Origin: Oligoflexia bacterium
GTDB lineage: Bacteria; Bdellovibrionota; Bacteriovoracia; Bacteriovoracales; Bacteriovoracaceae
Assembly: GCA_015232015.1 (NCBI GenBank)
Contig: JADGAM010000002.1
Location: forward strand, 85 to 64,084
Reading direction: 5' to 3'
DNA length: 64,000 nt
Shown: piece after piece, positions 8,570 to 17,247 of the stretch
Numbering within the stretch: the first letter of the stretch is position 1
How the letters are laid out: every line of letters begins with the position of its first letter
Program-made: the position numbers and the translations under genes
The notes under the pieces: generated by a model
What the model saw: only the letters and a program-made list of their open reading frames with translations
Told to the model about the DNA's origin: nothing
Databases searched by the model: none

Positions 8570-9697
8570 GTGAAAATTATCTCTATTTCCTTTATCGGCT
8601 CCGATAAAAATGCAGGCAAAACAACTTCTTTAAATTTTGTTTATCAGAAATTAAAGAGTGAAAATCAATTTATTACTTCTTCCAATTGTGATTTTGTTGT
8701 AACCTCTGTAGGAATCAATGGAGAAGAGTTTGATACTTACGAAAGCTTTGATCGCCATAAATTTCTCAAACCAGACATAACGATATATCGAAATGATTAT
8801 TTCATAACCGCTACTGACCACTTAAAACAATTAAATGGCCAATATCAAATTGTACATGTTTTCGATGGCCCAAAATTTAATAAACCGTTGATGCTAGGTC
8901 GTATGCTCTATGATGGTAAATTAATTCTTGAAGGACCAAATGAAAAAGAGGAATTGTTAGAGATAAAAAAATACCTAGATCAAGCTTTTAATCCTGATTC
9001 AAATTTATGCTTTTTTCTTATCGACGGATCAATTGATCGACAATTTCTAGCACATCCTCAAATAAGTGATTACTTCTTTTTTTCTTTGCTACTAAGTAAC
9101 CGCCAAGAACAAATAAATAAGGCAAATAATTTATTAACCCCTCTAAGTTTCAAAACCTGTAGTTCTGAACTTAAATGTTTTTTTATAAACCATTTAAGTT
9201 CAGAACAAATTAAATCACTCTTAATCTATGAGGATGAGAATAATAATAAAAATAATAATAAAAAAAACAAAAATAAAAATAATTTTTCTGTACTCTATAA
9301 AGGAACAGAGATCGCATTTTTAGATGATGACTTAAGAAAATGTTGCATTAAATATTCGACTAATAAAACCTACTTGTATTTAAATAGTGCTCTAACAAAA
9401 TCTTTAAGTTGTACTTTGGCCCCTTTTGAAAAAATGGATATCATTCTTGATAATTTCACCTTATATCAAGATATATCAACAAATATACCTAATAATAATA
9501 TTTTAATGAAGCGACTATCATTACTACACACCATTAACGTTTCAGCATTATTTATGAGAGAAGAAACTAAAATAGATAAGACAAATTATGGTAATTATTT
9601 TTTTAAATTTATTAACAACAATAAAAACAAACAAACTCTTATAAATATATTTAGAGAGAATTTAGATGAAATTAGAGTTAGCCAATGGCTTAATTAA
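8570..9697 (+). CDS. P-loop NTPase of unknown function; candidate lysine 5,6-aminomutase reactivase partner
   Basis: GTG start. Walker A at the extreme N-terminus (FIGSDKNAGKTTS). N/K-rich insert (NNNKNNNKKNKNKNN). It overlaps the MutS-like gene by 32 nt and sits between kdd and kamD. Confidence 0.5.
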   Translation: MKIISISFIGSDKNAGKTTSLNFVYQKLKSENQFITSSNCDFVVTSVGINGEEFDTYESFDRHKFLKPDITIYRNDYFITATDHLKQLNGQYQIVHVFDGPKFNKPLMLGRMLYDGKLILEGPNEKEELLEIKKYLDQAFNPDSNLCFFLIDGSIDRQFLAHPQISDYFFFSLLLSNRQEQINKANNLLTPLSFKTCSSELKCFFINHLSSEQIKSLLIYEDENNNKNNNKKNKNKNNFSVLYKGTEIAFLDDDLRKCCIKYSTNKTYLYLNSALTKSLSCTLAPFEKMDIILDNFTLYQDISTNIPNNNILMKRLSLLHTINVSALFMREETKIDKTNYGNYFFKFINNNKNKQTLINIFRENLDEIRVSQWLN

Positions 9698-11252
9698 AAA
9701 AGAATTGTTTGAAGAGCTGGAAATTAAAAACTATTTTAAGATTTTCGAATCTGAATTAGATATTCCTTTACTTCAGCATAAAATTCTACATTTTCTTGAT
9801 AAAAAAAAATATATCGAACATTTTGAAGATTTAAATTATTTGCAGAAATGTTTTGGCAATGAGATTTTGAACAAAATTATTTCAAAAAGTAAGACTCTCC
9901 CCAATTTAGATAAAATTATTCCTCTAATTAAGATCGGTAAATTGCAGCCCTTTCAACTTTATTCTATTGGAAATTACCTTACAATTGAAAAAGATATTTT
10001 AGCATTAGAAGAAAAAAAAGAAAAAAATATAACTAATGTTTTAGAAATTATCACCCTACTAGAAAAATATACTGAAAATAATTTTAAAGATTTCCGTATA
10101 CCAGAAATTTTCTCCAATCTTCCTATAAAAATTAAAATTATTGAAAATAAAATCGCATCTTTAATAAAAGAATATGAAAATGAAATTTATAAGCAAACAA
10201 AATTAAAAATGCTTTATCCCTATCCCAAGGAGTTGAGTAACGTTGAATTATCAAAAAATAAAAAAATTCAAAAGTGTGAGCTAATAAAGATTAAAAAACA
10301 AGATAATCAAGATAATCAAGACATCCAAAATAATAACGAAGATTACTCTTTAATCGATTATCAATTGCCAAAAAAAATTAAAAATTTATTGAGAAATAAG
10401 GAAAAGATTACAAGAGATCTATCTCAATTTTTAGATCAACGGCTTTTTGAGTTAAATGATGAACTTAAAAAATTCTATAATGACTTGGGAAAAAACTATT
10501 ATAATCGCCAAAAAAATATATTCTTCTACTATCTTATTTACTGCAAAGAAAAATATAATTTAAATTTTCCCTCTATAATAAAAGATGGTGAATTTCGCCT
10601 TAAAATTTCAGATGGGGTATTGCCCGCCTTAAAAGAAAAGCTATTGTTCAAAAAAGAAGAATACACTCCTCTAAATATTGAAATCAAGAATGGCTCGAAT
10701 GTTTTATTTGGAGGAAATATGAGTGGAAAAACCACTCTAATTAAAACTATTTATTTTTTAATTGCGATGACAAAATTAGGACTTCCTATTCCTTGCAAAG
10801 AAATTTTTATTTCTCACTATCCTGAGGAAGTATTTATGCATCTTCCTGGTCATGGAAACCTTCAAAGTGGAATGTCTAGCTTCGCAGAAGAATTGAGCTT
10901 CTTTTCACAAAATTTTAAAGAAAATAGCATAATATTAGTGGATGAATTATTGAACTCTACAAACCCACTTAGCGGCACAATGTTGGCCAAAATCTTTTTA
11001 GAAGATTTCTCAAATAAAAATGTGATTTTTTTCTGCAGCACTCACTATCTAGAGGTTCTATCTCTCAATAACATATCTCTATATCGAATGAGAGATCAAA
11101 ATGAGCTAATTAAAGGAGAGGTTGATAAAGAAAGTGAGAGCGATTTTAATCACTGGGCCCATAATGACTTAAAAAAACCGCTAACCTTGGCCTTAAATTT
11201 TTCTCTATCTGAATCAATTAAGAATAAGATTAAAATATCATTGGAAGAGTAA
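9666..11252 (+). CDS. MutS-related ATPase (MutS domain V only, no mismatch-binding domain); candidate aminomutase reactivase ATPase
   Basis: 528 aa. Walker A GGNMSGKTTLIKT and Walker B ILVDELLNSTNP match the MutS ABC-ATPase core. The N-terminal ~330 aa are helical and low-complexity, with no MutS domain I features. Confidence 0.7.
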   Translation: MKLELANGLIKKELFEELEIKNYFKIFESELDIPLLQHKILHFLDKKKYIEHFEDLNYLQKCFGNEILNKIISKSKTLPNLDKIIPLIKIGKLQPFQLYSIGNYLTIEKDILALEEKKEKNITNVLEIITLLEKYTENNFKDFRIPEIFSNLPIKIKIIENKIASLIKEYENEIYKQTKLKMLYPYPKELSNVELSKNKKIQKCELIKIKKQDNQDNQDIQNNNEDYSLIDYQLPKKIKNLLRNKEKITRDLSQFLDQRLFELNDELKKFYNDLGKNYYNRQKNIFFYYLIYCKEKYNLNFPSIIKDGEFRLKISDGVLPALKEKLLFKKEEYTPLNIEIKNGSNVLFGGNMSGKTTLIKTIYFLIAMTKLGLPIPCKEIFISHYPEEVFMHLPGHGNLQSGMSSFAEELSFFSQNFKENSIILVDELLNSTNPLSGTMLAKIFLEDFSNKNVIFFCSTHYLEVLSLNNISLYRMRDQNELIKGEVDKESESDFNHWAHNDLKKPLTLALNFSLSESIKNKIKISLEE

Positions 11253-11266
11253 ATAATAACAATTGA

Positions 11267-11294
11267 GATCAAAGATCAAAGATCAAAGATCAAA
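11267..11294. repeat. Tandem heptamer GATCAAA x4 (each unit carries GATC)
   Basis: Read directly: gatcaaa gatcaaa gatcaaa gatcaaa, 15 nt after the MutS-like stop. Confidence 0.95.
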
Positions 11295-11377
11295 GAAGAC
11301 CAGTAAAGGATAGTCAAAATCTTAAAGAACATATAGAATTAAGCGATGATTCGTTTGTAGTCTATATTCTGTTGTTT

Positions 11378-11432
11378 GGCCTATTAATTAGTCTATTACT
11401 TAGCCTATTGTTTACCTATTGTTTAGTCTACT
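11378..11432. repeat. Phased array of five CTATT-core repeats at 11-12 nt spacing, immediately upstream of the kamD RBS
   Basis: CTATT/CTACT at 11381, 11393, 11405, 11416 and 11428, within units such as tagtctattact / tagcctattgtt / tacctattgttt. A further degenerate copy lies at 11362. The RBS GAGAGGTG and ATG 11453 follow. Confidence 0.8.
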
Positions 11433-11452
11433 TTTTTGAGAGGTGATTTTGT

Positions 11453-13039
11453 ATGCCCAATATCTATTTAGATCAATCAAAAATTAATAAAACAAAAGAT
11501 CTGGCCCAAGATGTAGCAAATGATGTTCATGAATTTGTCAAAGAACACTCATCTGTCTCCGTTGAGCGGGCCGTATTACGTTTATATGGAGTTAACGGAG
11601 TTGATAAGAATGGAACTCCGCTGCCAAATTTAATTGTCGATCTCTTAAAGAAAAAAGGAGGTCCTGGAGGCACTGGAGGTAACGGCGGACTGGGAGTTGG
11701 TATTTCGTCTCATTTTGCCTCGGCCCTGCTTCAAAGTAAGAGAGATGCTCAAGCAACTGCTGAATTAATTCTTGATAATAAAATTGATTTTGGAAACATC
11801 CACTCATTTTCCAAAGGCGATGTTAAAGCAAAAGAAAATGAAATAGCAAATGAGGCAATCGCTTTAATTGATAAATCAAGAAATATAAAACAAGAAAAAC
11901 AAAATCGCTTTAAAGTTCCTCCAACTCCCTGGCGATATCTAATCGTGGCCACTGGAAATATTTATGAGGATCGCACTCAAGCAAAAGCAGCAGTGATGGC
12001 GGGAGCTGACATTATAGCCGTTATTAGAAGTACAGCTCAATCTCTTCTCGATTATGTTCCTTACGGAGCTACAACAACAGGCTTTGGTGGAACATTTGCA
12101 ACTCAAGAAAATTTTAAAATTATGAGGGCCGCTCTGGATGAAGCATGTGAAGAATTTGGTCGCTATATTAGGTTGGTTAATTATTCTTCAGGCCTATGTA
12201 TGGCAGAGATTGCTAGTTGTGCGGCCCTTGAGAATCTAGATATGTTATTAAATGATTCTATGTATGGAATTCTTTTTAGAGATATAAATGCAAAACGCAC
12301 ATTTATTGATCAATATTTCAGTAGATTAATTTGTGCCCGTTCAAAAATAATAATTAATACTGGAGAAGATAATTATTTAACAACAGCTGATGCCATCGAA
12401 AATGCTTATACTGTAACTGCCTCTCAATTAATTAATGAGGCATTAGCAAAAAAATCCCTTCTCACTGAAGATCTGATGGGACTCGGTCATGCCTACGAAA
12501 TAAACCCTAAAATTGAAAATGCATTTTTATATGAACTTGCTCACGCAGAACTTGCGCGGGCACTTTTTCCCCATGCCCCTTTAAAATATATGCCTCCAAC
12601 AAAATACAAGAGCACTGATATTTTCTACTCCCACTCCTTAGATACTATGTTTAATTTAACTTCCGTTACAACTCATCAAGGAATACACTTAGCAGGAATT
12701 CTTACTGAAGCAATACATACACCTTTAATGCAGGATCGTTATAAAGCACTAGCTAGTATCAATTATGTTTTTAATGTAGCAAAAAACTTTGGTGATGAAA
12801 TTGAATATAAAAAAGATGGTTTTATTGTTAAAAGGGCCACTCAAGTTTTAGATGATGTTCTAGTGTTCCTTGAAAAAGTAAAAGATATTGGTTTAATGAA
12901 TGCAATTGCGGAAGGTGCGTTTGCTGATGTTAAAAGATTACCTACTAGCGGAAAAGGTTTAGATGGAGTATTTAAAAAAGAATTAGATTACTCAAATCCT
13001 ATTATGGATAAAATTGAGATGGAAGGAGTAATTAAATGA
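11453..13039 (+). CDS. kamD: Lysine 5,6-aminomutase alpha subunit (PLP/TIM-barrel subunit)
   Basis: 528 aa. Long blocks match my memory of Clostridium KamD (..LIVATGNIYEDRTQAKAAVMAGADIIAVIRSTAQSLLDYVPYGATTTGFGGTFATQENF..). It carries a Gly-rich insert, KKGGPGGTGGNGGLGVG. Confidence 0.88.
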   Translation: MPNIYLDQSKINKTKDLAQDVANDVHEFVKEHSSVSVERAVLRLYGVNGVDKNGTPLPNLIVDLLKKKGGPGGTGGNGGLGVGISSHFASALLQSKRDAQATAELILDNKIDFGNIHSFSKGDVKAKENEIANEAIALIDKSRNIKQEKQNRFKVPPTPWRYLIVATGNIYEDRTQAKAAVMAGADIIAVIRSTAQSLLDYVPYGATTTGFGGTFATQENFKIMRAALDEACEEFGRYIRLVNYSSGLCMAEIASCAALENLDMLLNDSMYGILFRDINAKRTFIDQYFSRLICARSKIIINTGEDNYLTTADAIENAYTVTASQLINEALAKKSLLTEDLMGLGHAYEINPKIENAFLYELAHAELARALFPHAPLKYMPPTKYKSTDIFYSHSLDTMFNLTSVTTHQGIHLAGILTEAIHTPLMQDRYKALASINYVFNVAKNFGDEIEYKKDGFIVKRATQVLDDVLVFLEKVKDIGLMNAIAEGAFADVKRLPTSGKGLDGVFKKELDYSNPIMDKIEMEGVIK

Positions 13040-13926
13040 AAAAGGTTATGAAAAAAAACATTAAAGAAGGTAAAAATACAAAAAATAAAAGTGAAAAAAA
13101 TATAAGTGAATTAATAAAACCATATGGCGATACTTTAAATGATGGAGTTATACAACTATCATTTACTTTACCCATTGAATACTCAGCAAAAGCAAAAAAG
13201 GCCGCTGAAGTTTATGTAAAAAAATTGAATTTTGATGAAGTTCAAGTTACTCATGCTCATAAAATTGCTCATAACTTCACTTACTTTGTTGTATATGCAA
13301 AAGCAAATGCTACTCTTGATTACTCAACAGTTCAAGCATCCGAAGTGACCACCGCAGAGATGGACTTTTATCAAATCAATGATTTAATAAAAAACAAACT
13401 CAATCGTCCATTAGTAGTAGTTGGTGCAACCATTGGTGATGATGCTCACACTGTAGGCATCGATGCTATCATGAATATGAAAGGGTATAATCAAAATTAT
13501 GGACTTGAAAGATATCCTGAAATTCGTGCATTTAATATGGGAGCTCAAGTATCCATTGAGGAACTATTAAAAAAGGGCATTGAAATGGATGCTGATGCAA
13601 TTTTAGTTTCCCAAACTGTAACTCAAAAAGATGCTCACATCCGAAATTTTACTGCCTTTATTGAATTATTAGAAGCAGAGAACTTAAGAAAAAAATTTTT
13701 ATTAGTAGCGGGCGGACCTCGCATATCTAACGATTTGGCAATCGAACTTGGATATGAAGCAGGTTTTGGATCAGGGACCCTTCCCTCGCAAGTTGCCTCG
13801 TTTTTAATTACCAAAATTCTAGATAAGAAAGGAATTAGCTTCGAACATAAAAATACATCAAACACAAACACAAACACAAACAATACTAACACAAATACAA
13901 ATACATATTATCAAGATGGAGAGTAG
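13036..13926 (+). CDS. kamE: Lysine 5,6-aminomutase beta subunit (adenosylcobalamin-binding)
   Basis: ATGA overlap with the kamD stop. B12-binding DxHxxG motif (GDDAHTVGIDAI). Rossmann-like C-terminal half. The tail NTSNTNTNTNNTNTNTNT is low-complexity. Confidence 0.88.
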   Translation: MKKVMKKNIKEGKNTKNKSEKNISELIKPYGDTLNDGVIQLSFTLPIEYSAKAKKAAEVYVKKLNFDEVQVTHAHKIAHNFTYFVVYAKANATLDYSTVQASEVTTAEMDFYQINDLIKNKLNRPLVVVGATIGDDAHTVGIDAIMNMKGYNQNYGLERYPEIRAFNMGAQVSIEELLKKGIEMDADAILVSQTVTQKDAHIRNFTAFIELLEAENLRKKFLLVAGGPRISNDLAIELGYEAGFGSGTLPSQVASFLITKILDKKGISFEHKNTSNTNTNTNNTNTNTNTYYQDGE

Positions 13927-13929
13927 AAT

Positions 13930-15204
13930 ATGAACGTGCATAATACAAAAGAATTACAACTACCAAAATTGAAATTAGATCGCACCGATAAATTATATAA
14001 GGAGGCATGGGATCTAATTCCAGGAGCAGTAGCAGGAATAAGACGTCCTTATAATTTTGTTCCAGGTGAATATCCAATATTTTTTGAAAGTGCCAAAGGC
14101 GGAAAAGTTACCGATGCTGATGGAAACGAATATCTAGACATGCTTTGTGCTTACGGCCCAATCATTATTGGTCACAGAGAAGAAGAAATTGATAATGCAG
14201 TAATCGACCAGATACGAAATCATGGTTTCTGCATGTCCTTAGTTCAAGAGGTTCAAAATACATTAGCACACAAAATGTGTTCATTGATTCCTTGTTGTGA
14301 AAAAGTATCATTTGTAAAAACTGGTTCCGATGCAACTTCCATAGCAATTAGAGTTGCTCGCGCTCATACTGGAAAATTAAAAGTACTTCGTTGTGGTTAT
14401 CATGGTTGGCATGATTGGTGTGTAGAGATGAAAGGTGGAGTTCCTAGTAAGCTTTATGAAGATGTCCATGAATTTCACTACAATAAACTTGATGAAGTGG
14501 AAAAATTACTTAAAGAGCACATTAACAATGTAGCGGCAATAATTGTAACTCCAGTCGGTCACCCTCTTGCGGACAATGTACAAATGCCAAAACCTGGTTA
14601 CCTACAAGAGATGCAAAAACTTGCTCGTCACTATGGAGCAGTTTTAATTTTTGATGAAATAAGAAGTGGTTTTAGAGTAAATTTAGGCGGAGCTCAGAAA
14701 GAATTTGGAGTTACTCCTGATCTAGCAGTTTTTGGAAAAGCATTAGGTAATGGTTATCCAATAAGCGCACTAGTCGGAAAGAAAGAAATAATGGATGTAT
14801 TGGTGGATAAAGTTTTCCTCAGCTCTACATTTTTCCCTAACAGTTTAGAAATGGTTGCGGCCTTAAAAAATCTTGAAATACTAGAGCGAGATAAGATTCT
14901 AGATGCTATTAAAGTTAAAGGTCAAAATTTTGCAGCAAAGGTTAGAAAGTATATCAATGAGAGCGAAATTCCATGTGAATTTTCAGGTGAACCTTGGATG
15001 CCTTATATAACTTTTCCAAAAGATGAGAAGAAATTATATAAAGATTTACGTAATCGTTTTTACACAGAACTCATAAGAAGAAAAGTATTTTTACAACCAT
15101 ATCACCACGGCTACATCGCTTACAGACACAGCGATGCTGATCTTGATAATGCTTGTGAAATGATTGGCGAAAGCTTGTGGGCCTTAAAGGCACTTATAAA
15201 ATAA
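13930..15204 (+). CDS. Class-III (HemL-like) PLP aminotransferase; candidate 3-aminobutyryl-CoA aminotransferase
   Basis: 424 aa. Reads ..TGSDATSIAIRVARAHTG.., IFDEIRSGFRV, and the PLP-lysine context DLAVFGKALGNGYP. The HemL signature GGVNSPVRAF is replaced by GAVAGIRRPYNF. It is located between kamE and kce. Confidence 0.7.
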   Translation: MNVHNTKELQLPKLKLDRTDKLYKEAWDLIPGAVAGIRRPYNFVPGEYPIFFESAKGGKVTDADGNEYLDMLCAYGPIIIGHREEEIDNAVIDQIRNHGFCMSLVQEVQNTLAHKMCSLIPCCEKVSFVKTGSDATSIAIRVARAHTGKLKVLRCGYHGWHDWCVEMKGGVPSKLYEDVHEFHYNKLDEVEKLLKEHINNVAAIIVTPVGHPLADNVQMPKPGYLQEMQKLARHYGAVLIFDEIRSGFRVNLGGAQKEFGVTPDLAVFGKALGNGYPISALVGKKEIMDVLVDKVFLSSTFFPNSLEMVAALKNLEILERDKILDAIKVKGQNFAAKVRKYINESEIPCEFSGEPWMPYITFPKDEKKLYKDLRNRFYTELIRRKVFLQPYHHGYIAYRHSDADLDNACEMIGESLWALKALIK

Positions 15205-15235
15205 GTGTATCTTTCATTTTGTTTTGATTAATCAA

Positions 15236-15291
15236 AGAATATTAACCAAAAAATATTAATTAAAGAATATTAAGTAGAGAATATTAAGTGG
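15236..15291. repeat. Perfectly phased 4 x 14-nt tandem repeat (A[G/A]AATATTAANNNN) running into the kce RBS
   Basis: Units start at 15236, 15250, 15264 and 15278: agaatattaaccaa / aaaatattaattaa / agaatattaagtag / agaatattaagtgg. Each has an AATATT palindromic core. Confidence 0.95.
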
Positions 15292-15302
15292 AGAATAAAA
15301 AT

Positions 15303-16130
15303 ATGAAAGATAGTATTAATAATCCTATAATAATATCTTGTCCTGTAATTGGGGCCGAACTAACAAAAGAAACATACCCATATCTTCCTCTAACTGCAGA
15401 AGAGTTGGCCAATGCCGCTGCTGAAGCAGTGGCCGCTGGTGCAAGTATAATTCACCTTCATGTACGAGATGAAAATGGTCGTCCCACTCAGAAAGTAGAT
15501 GTATTCGAAAAAGTTTCTAAATTAATTAGAGAACGCTGCGAATGCATTTTGCAATATTCTACGGGAGGAGCAGTAGGAACTCCTGTAGACGCTCGTTGTG
15601 CTCCTCTAGCATTAAAACCTGAAATGGGCACTCTATCAATGGGAACAATGAATTTTGCTAGTGATGTTTTTGAGAATTCACAGGCCACAATAACTCAAAT
15701 ATCTCAAGCTCTTCAAATGAACAATGTAATGCCAGAGTTAGAAATCTTTGATTATGGAATGTTGGAGGCCGTTGATCGCTACGTGAAGAAAAATATTATC
15801 CCTAAAAAATTTCATATTGATTTTGTTTTAGGTGTTCCTGGTGGAATGAGTGGAGAGATAAGAAACTTAGTTATGCTTGTAGATCGCTTAGCGGCCGAAC
15901 AAACTTGGGCGGTGGCCGGAGTTGGTCGTTTTCAATTACCACTATCCACATGTGCAATTGCAATGGGTGGACACGTTCGAGTGGGAATTGAAGATAATAT
16001 CTATTATCGCAAAGGTGAGATGGCAACATCAAATGCGGAATTAATTAAACGAATCGTACGAATTGCACAAGAATTTGATCGCAAACCTGCCACCATTGCG
16101 GAAACTAGAGCATTACTTAGTTTATCCTAA
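15303..16130 (+). CDS. kce: 3-keto-5-aminohexanoate cleavage enzyme (BKACE/DUF849 family)
   Basis: ATG 15303 is preferred, with GGAG 9 nt upstream. The listed ORF starts at GTG 15288. Reads ..IIHLHVRDENGRPT.. and ..GGHVRVGIEDN.., typical of BKACE. Lysine-cluster context. Confidence 0.85.
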   Translation: MKDSINNPIIISCPVIGAELTKETYPYLPLTAEELANAAAEAVAAGASIIHLHVRDENGRPTQKVDVFEKVSKLIRERCECILQYSTGGAVGTPVDARCAPLALKPEMGTLSMGTMNFASDVFENSQATITQISQALQMNNVMPELEIFDYGMLEAVDRYVKKNIIPKKFHIDFVLGVPGGMSGEIRNLVMLVDRLAAEQTWAVAGVGRFQLPLSTCAIAMGGHVRVGIEDNIYYRKGEMATSNAELIKRIVRIAQEFDRKPATIAETRALLSLS

Positions 16131-17101
16131 ATTGGTCCTAAAATAGTTGATAGAATACTGTTTTTTCCTTCGTCTTCTATTCTTACTCTTATTCTTTCTT
16201 TACTTTTTTCCTTGAATCTTTTTACCAGAGACTCAATTCCATCTAAATCATCTTCTGTTAAATAAAAATATTTTGCATCTTTCATCACACTACTTTTTTG
16301 TTCATCACTTGACCTAAAATTTACATCACATTGATCTTTAAAAAGAGTATCTTTTGTATCACAAAGGCCTATACTATGACCTAGCTCATGAATTAATGTT
16401 TTATAAGTTGTCCAAAACAACTCTCTATATTCAATATTATTTTTCTTTGCAAGAGTAGCAACATCTGTTGGAGAATTAACAGAAATCTCCCATAGGTATT
16501 TTTCTTTATCTAACTTCGATAAATTATCTTTTTTAAGTACCATAAAAGTGTCATTCCATTTATAAATTTTTCCTTCATAATTATCCAGCATAGCTAAATT
16601 TACTTTGATATAAGCATAATTGTGGTTATTATAGACTTTTGGTAAGTAATAACCATTGAGATCTACAAAAATATCTTCTGCAGCAACTTCAACAAATAAA
16701 TCAACCATTCGTACGCTCATAATATCTAATGGATTAGTGTTTTTTTTATCACAATTGATCTCACTAATCTTGATTGTGCTTTGATTATTTTCCCCATTTT
16801 TAAAAAAAACATCTATAGATCTTATCCATAGCTTTAAAGCAGTATTAACTTCAATTGATATATTTTCTTTTGAAAGTCTTTTATCTTTTACTACGACACA
16901 AAAAGTAAGATCATTTTTATTGATAATTTTATGAATTAAATATGATTTCCACCATTTTTCATGATCCACCCACTTATCATGACCATAGGCCCAGGATTTA
17001 CTCGATAAGAACATAAGCATAAATATAAACATAAACATTAGCAAAATAAGAAAAATAACCATTGTTAAATTTGGAAAAAATGATCGTGATATTTTACTCA
17101 T
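16127..17101 (-). CDS. Secreted/membrane-anchored zinc metalloprotease with HExxHxxGxxD motif
   Basis: N-terminal hydrophobic segment (VIFLILLMFMFIFMLMFL). Single motif HELGHSIGLCD (nt 16358-16390). The Asp in third-ligand position is as in snapalysin-type metzincins. Its stop codon overlaps the kce stop on the other strand. Confidence 0.65.
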   Translation of the reverse strand: MSKISRSFFPNLTMVIFLILLMFMFIFMLMFLSSKSWAYGHDKWVDHEKWWKSYLIHKIINKNDLTFCVVVKDKRLSKENISIEVNTALKLWIRSIDVFFKNGENNQSTIKISEINCDKKNTNPLDIMSVRMVDLFVEVAAEDIFVDLNGYYLPKVYNNHNYAYIKVNLAMLDNYEGKIYKWNDTFMVLKKDNLSKLDKEKYLWEISVNSPTDVATLAKKNNIEYRELFWTTYKTLIHELGHSIGLCDTKDTLFKDQCDVNFRSSDEQKSSVMKDAKYFYLTEDDLDGIESLVKRFKEKSKERIRVRIEDEGKNSILSTILGPI

Positions 17102-17247
17102 TAAATTTCCTTCTTAATAATTTATCTTAAATTTCTATCTTAAATTTCTCTCTATAGACTTTAATATATATTTTATTATATGCTCTGATTTATATTATTA
17201 TGTTGATGATAAAAGTAAATATTAAAACCAATAAAAAGGATTTATGT

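Noticed and set aside
9666-11252. MutS-like gene as a mismatch-repair enzyme or a MutS-based defence/recombination module
   Set aside because: It lacks an N-terminal mismatch-binding region. It is translationally overlapped with operon neighbours inside a metabolic cluster. No nuclease (Smr/HNH) domain is visible. An aminomutase-reactivase role fits the context better.
11267-11432. Possible CRISPR array or riboswitch (B12 or lysine) in the kamC-like/kamD spacer
   Set aside because: The repeats are 7-12 nt and contiguous, with no spacers, so this is not a CRISPR array. I could find no B12-box-like or L-box-like conserved GC-rich cores, and the region is too short and too AT-rich.
13930-15204. 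Annotating the class-III aminotransferase as HemL (glutamate-1-semialdehyde aminomutase)
   Set aside because: The overall family resemblance is real. However, the HemL N-terminal signature GGVNSPVRAF is not conserved, and the gene sits between kamE and kce with no heme-biosynthesis neighbours. I keep it as a Kat candidate pending phylogeny.
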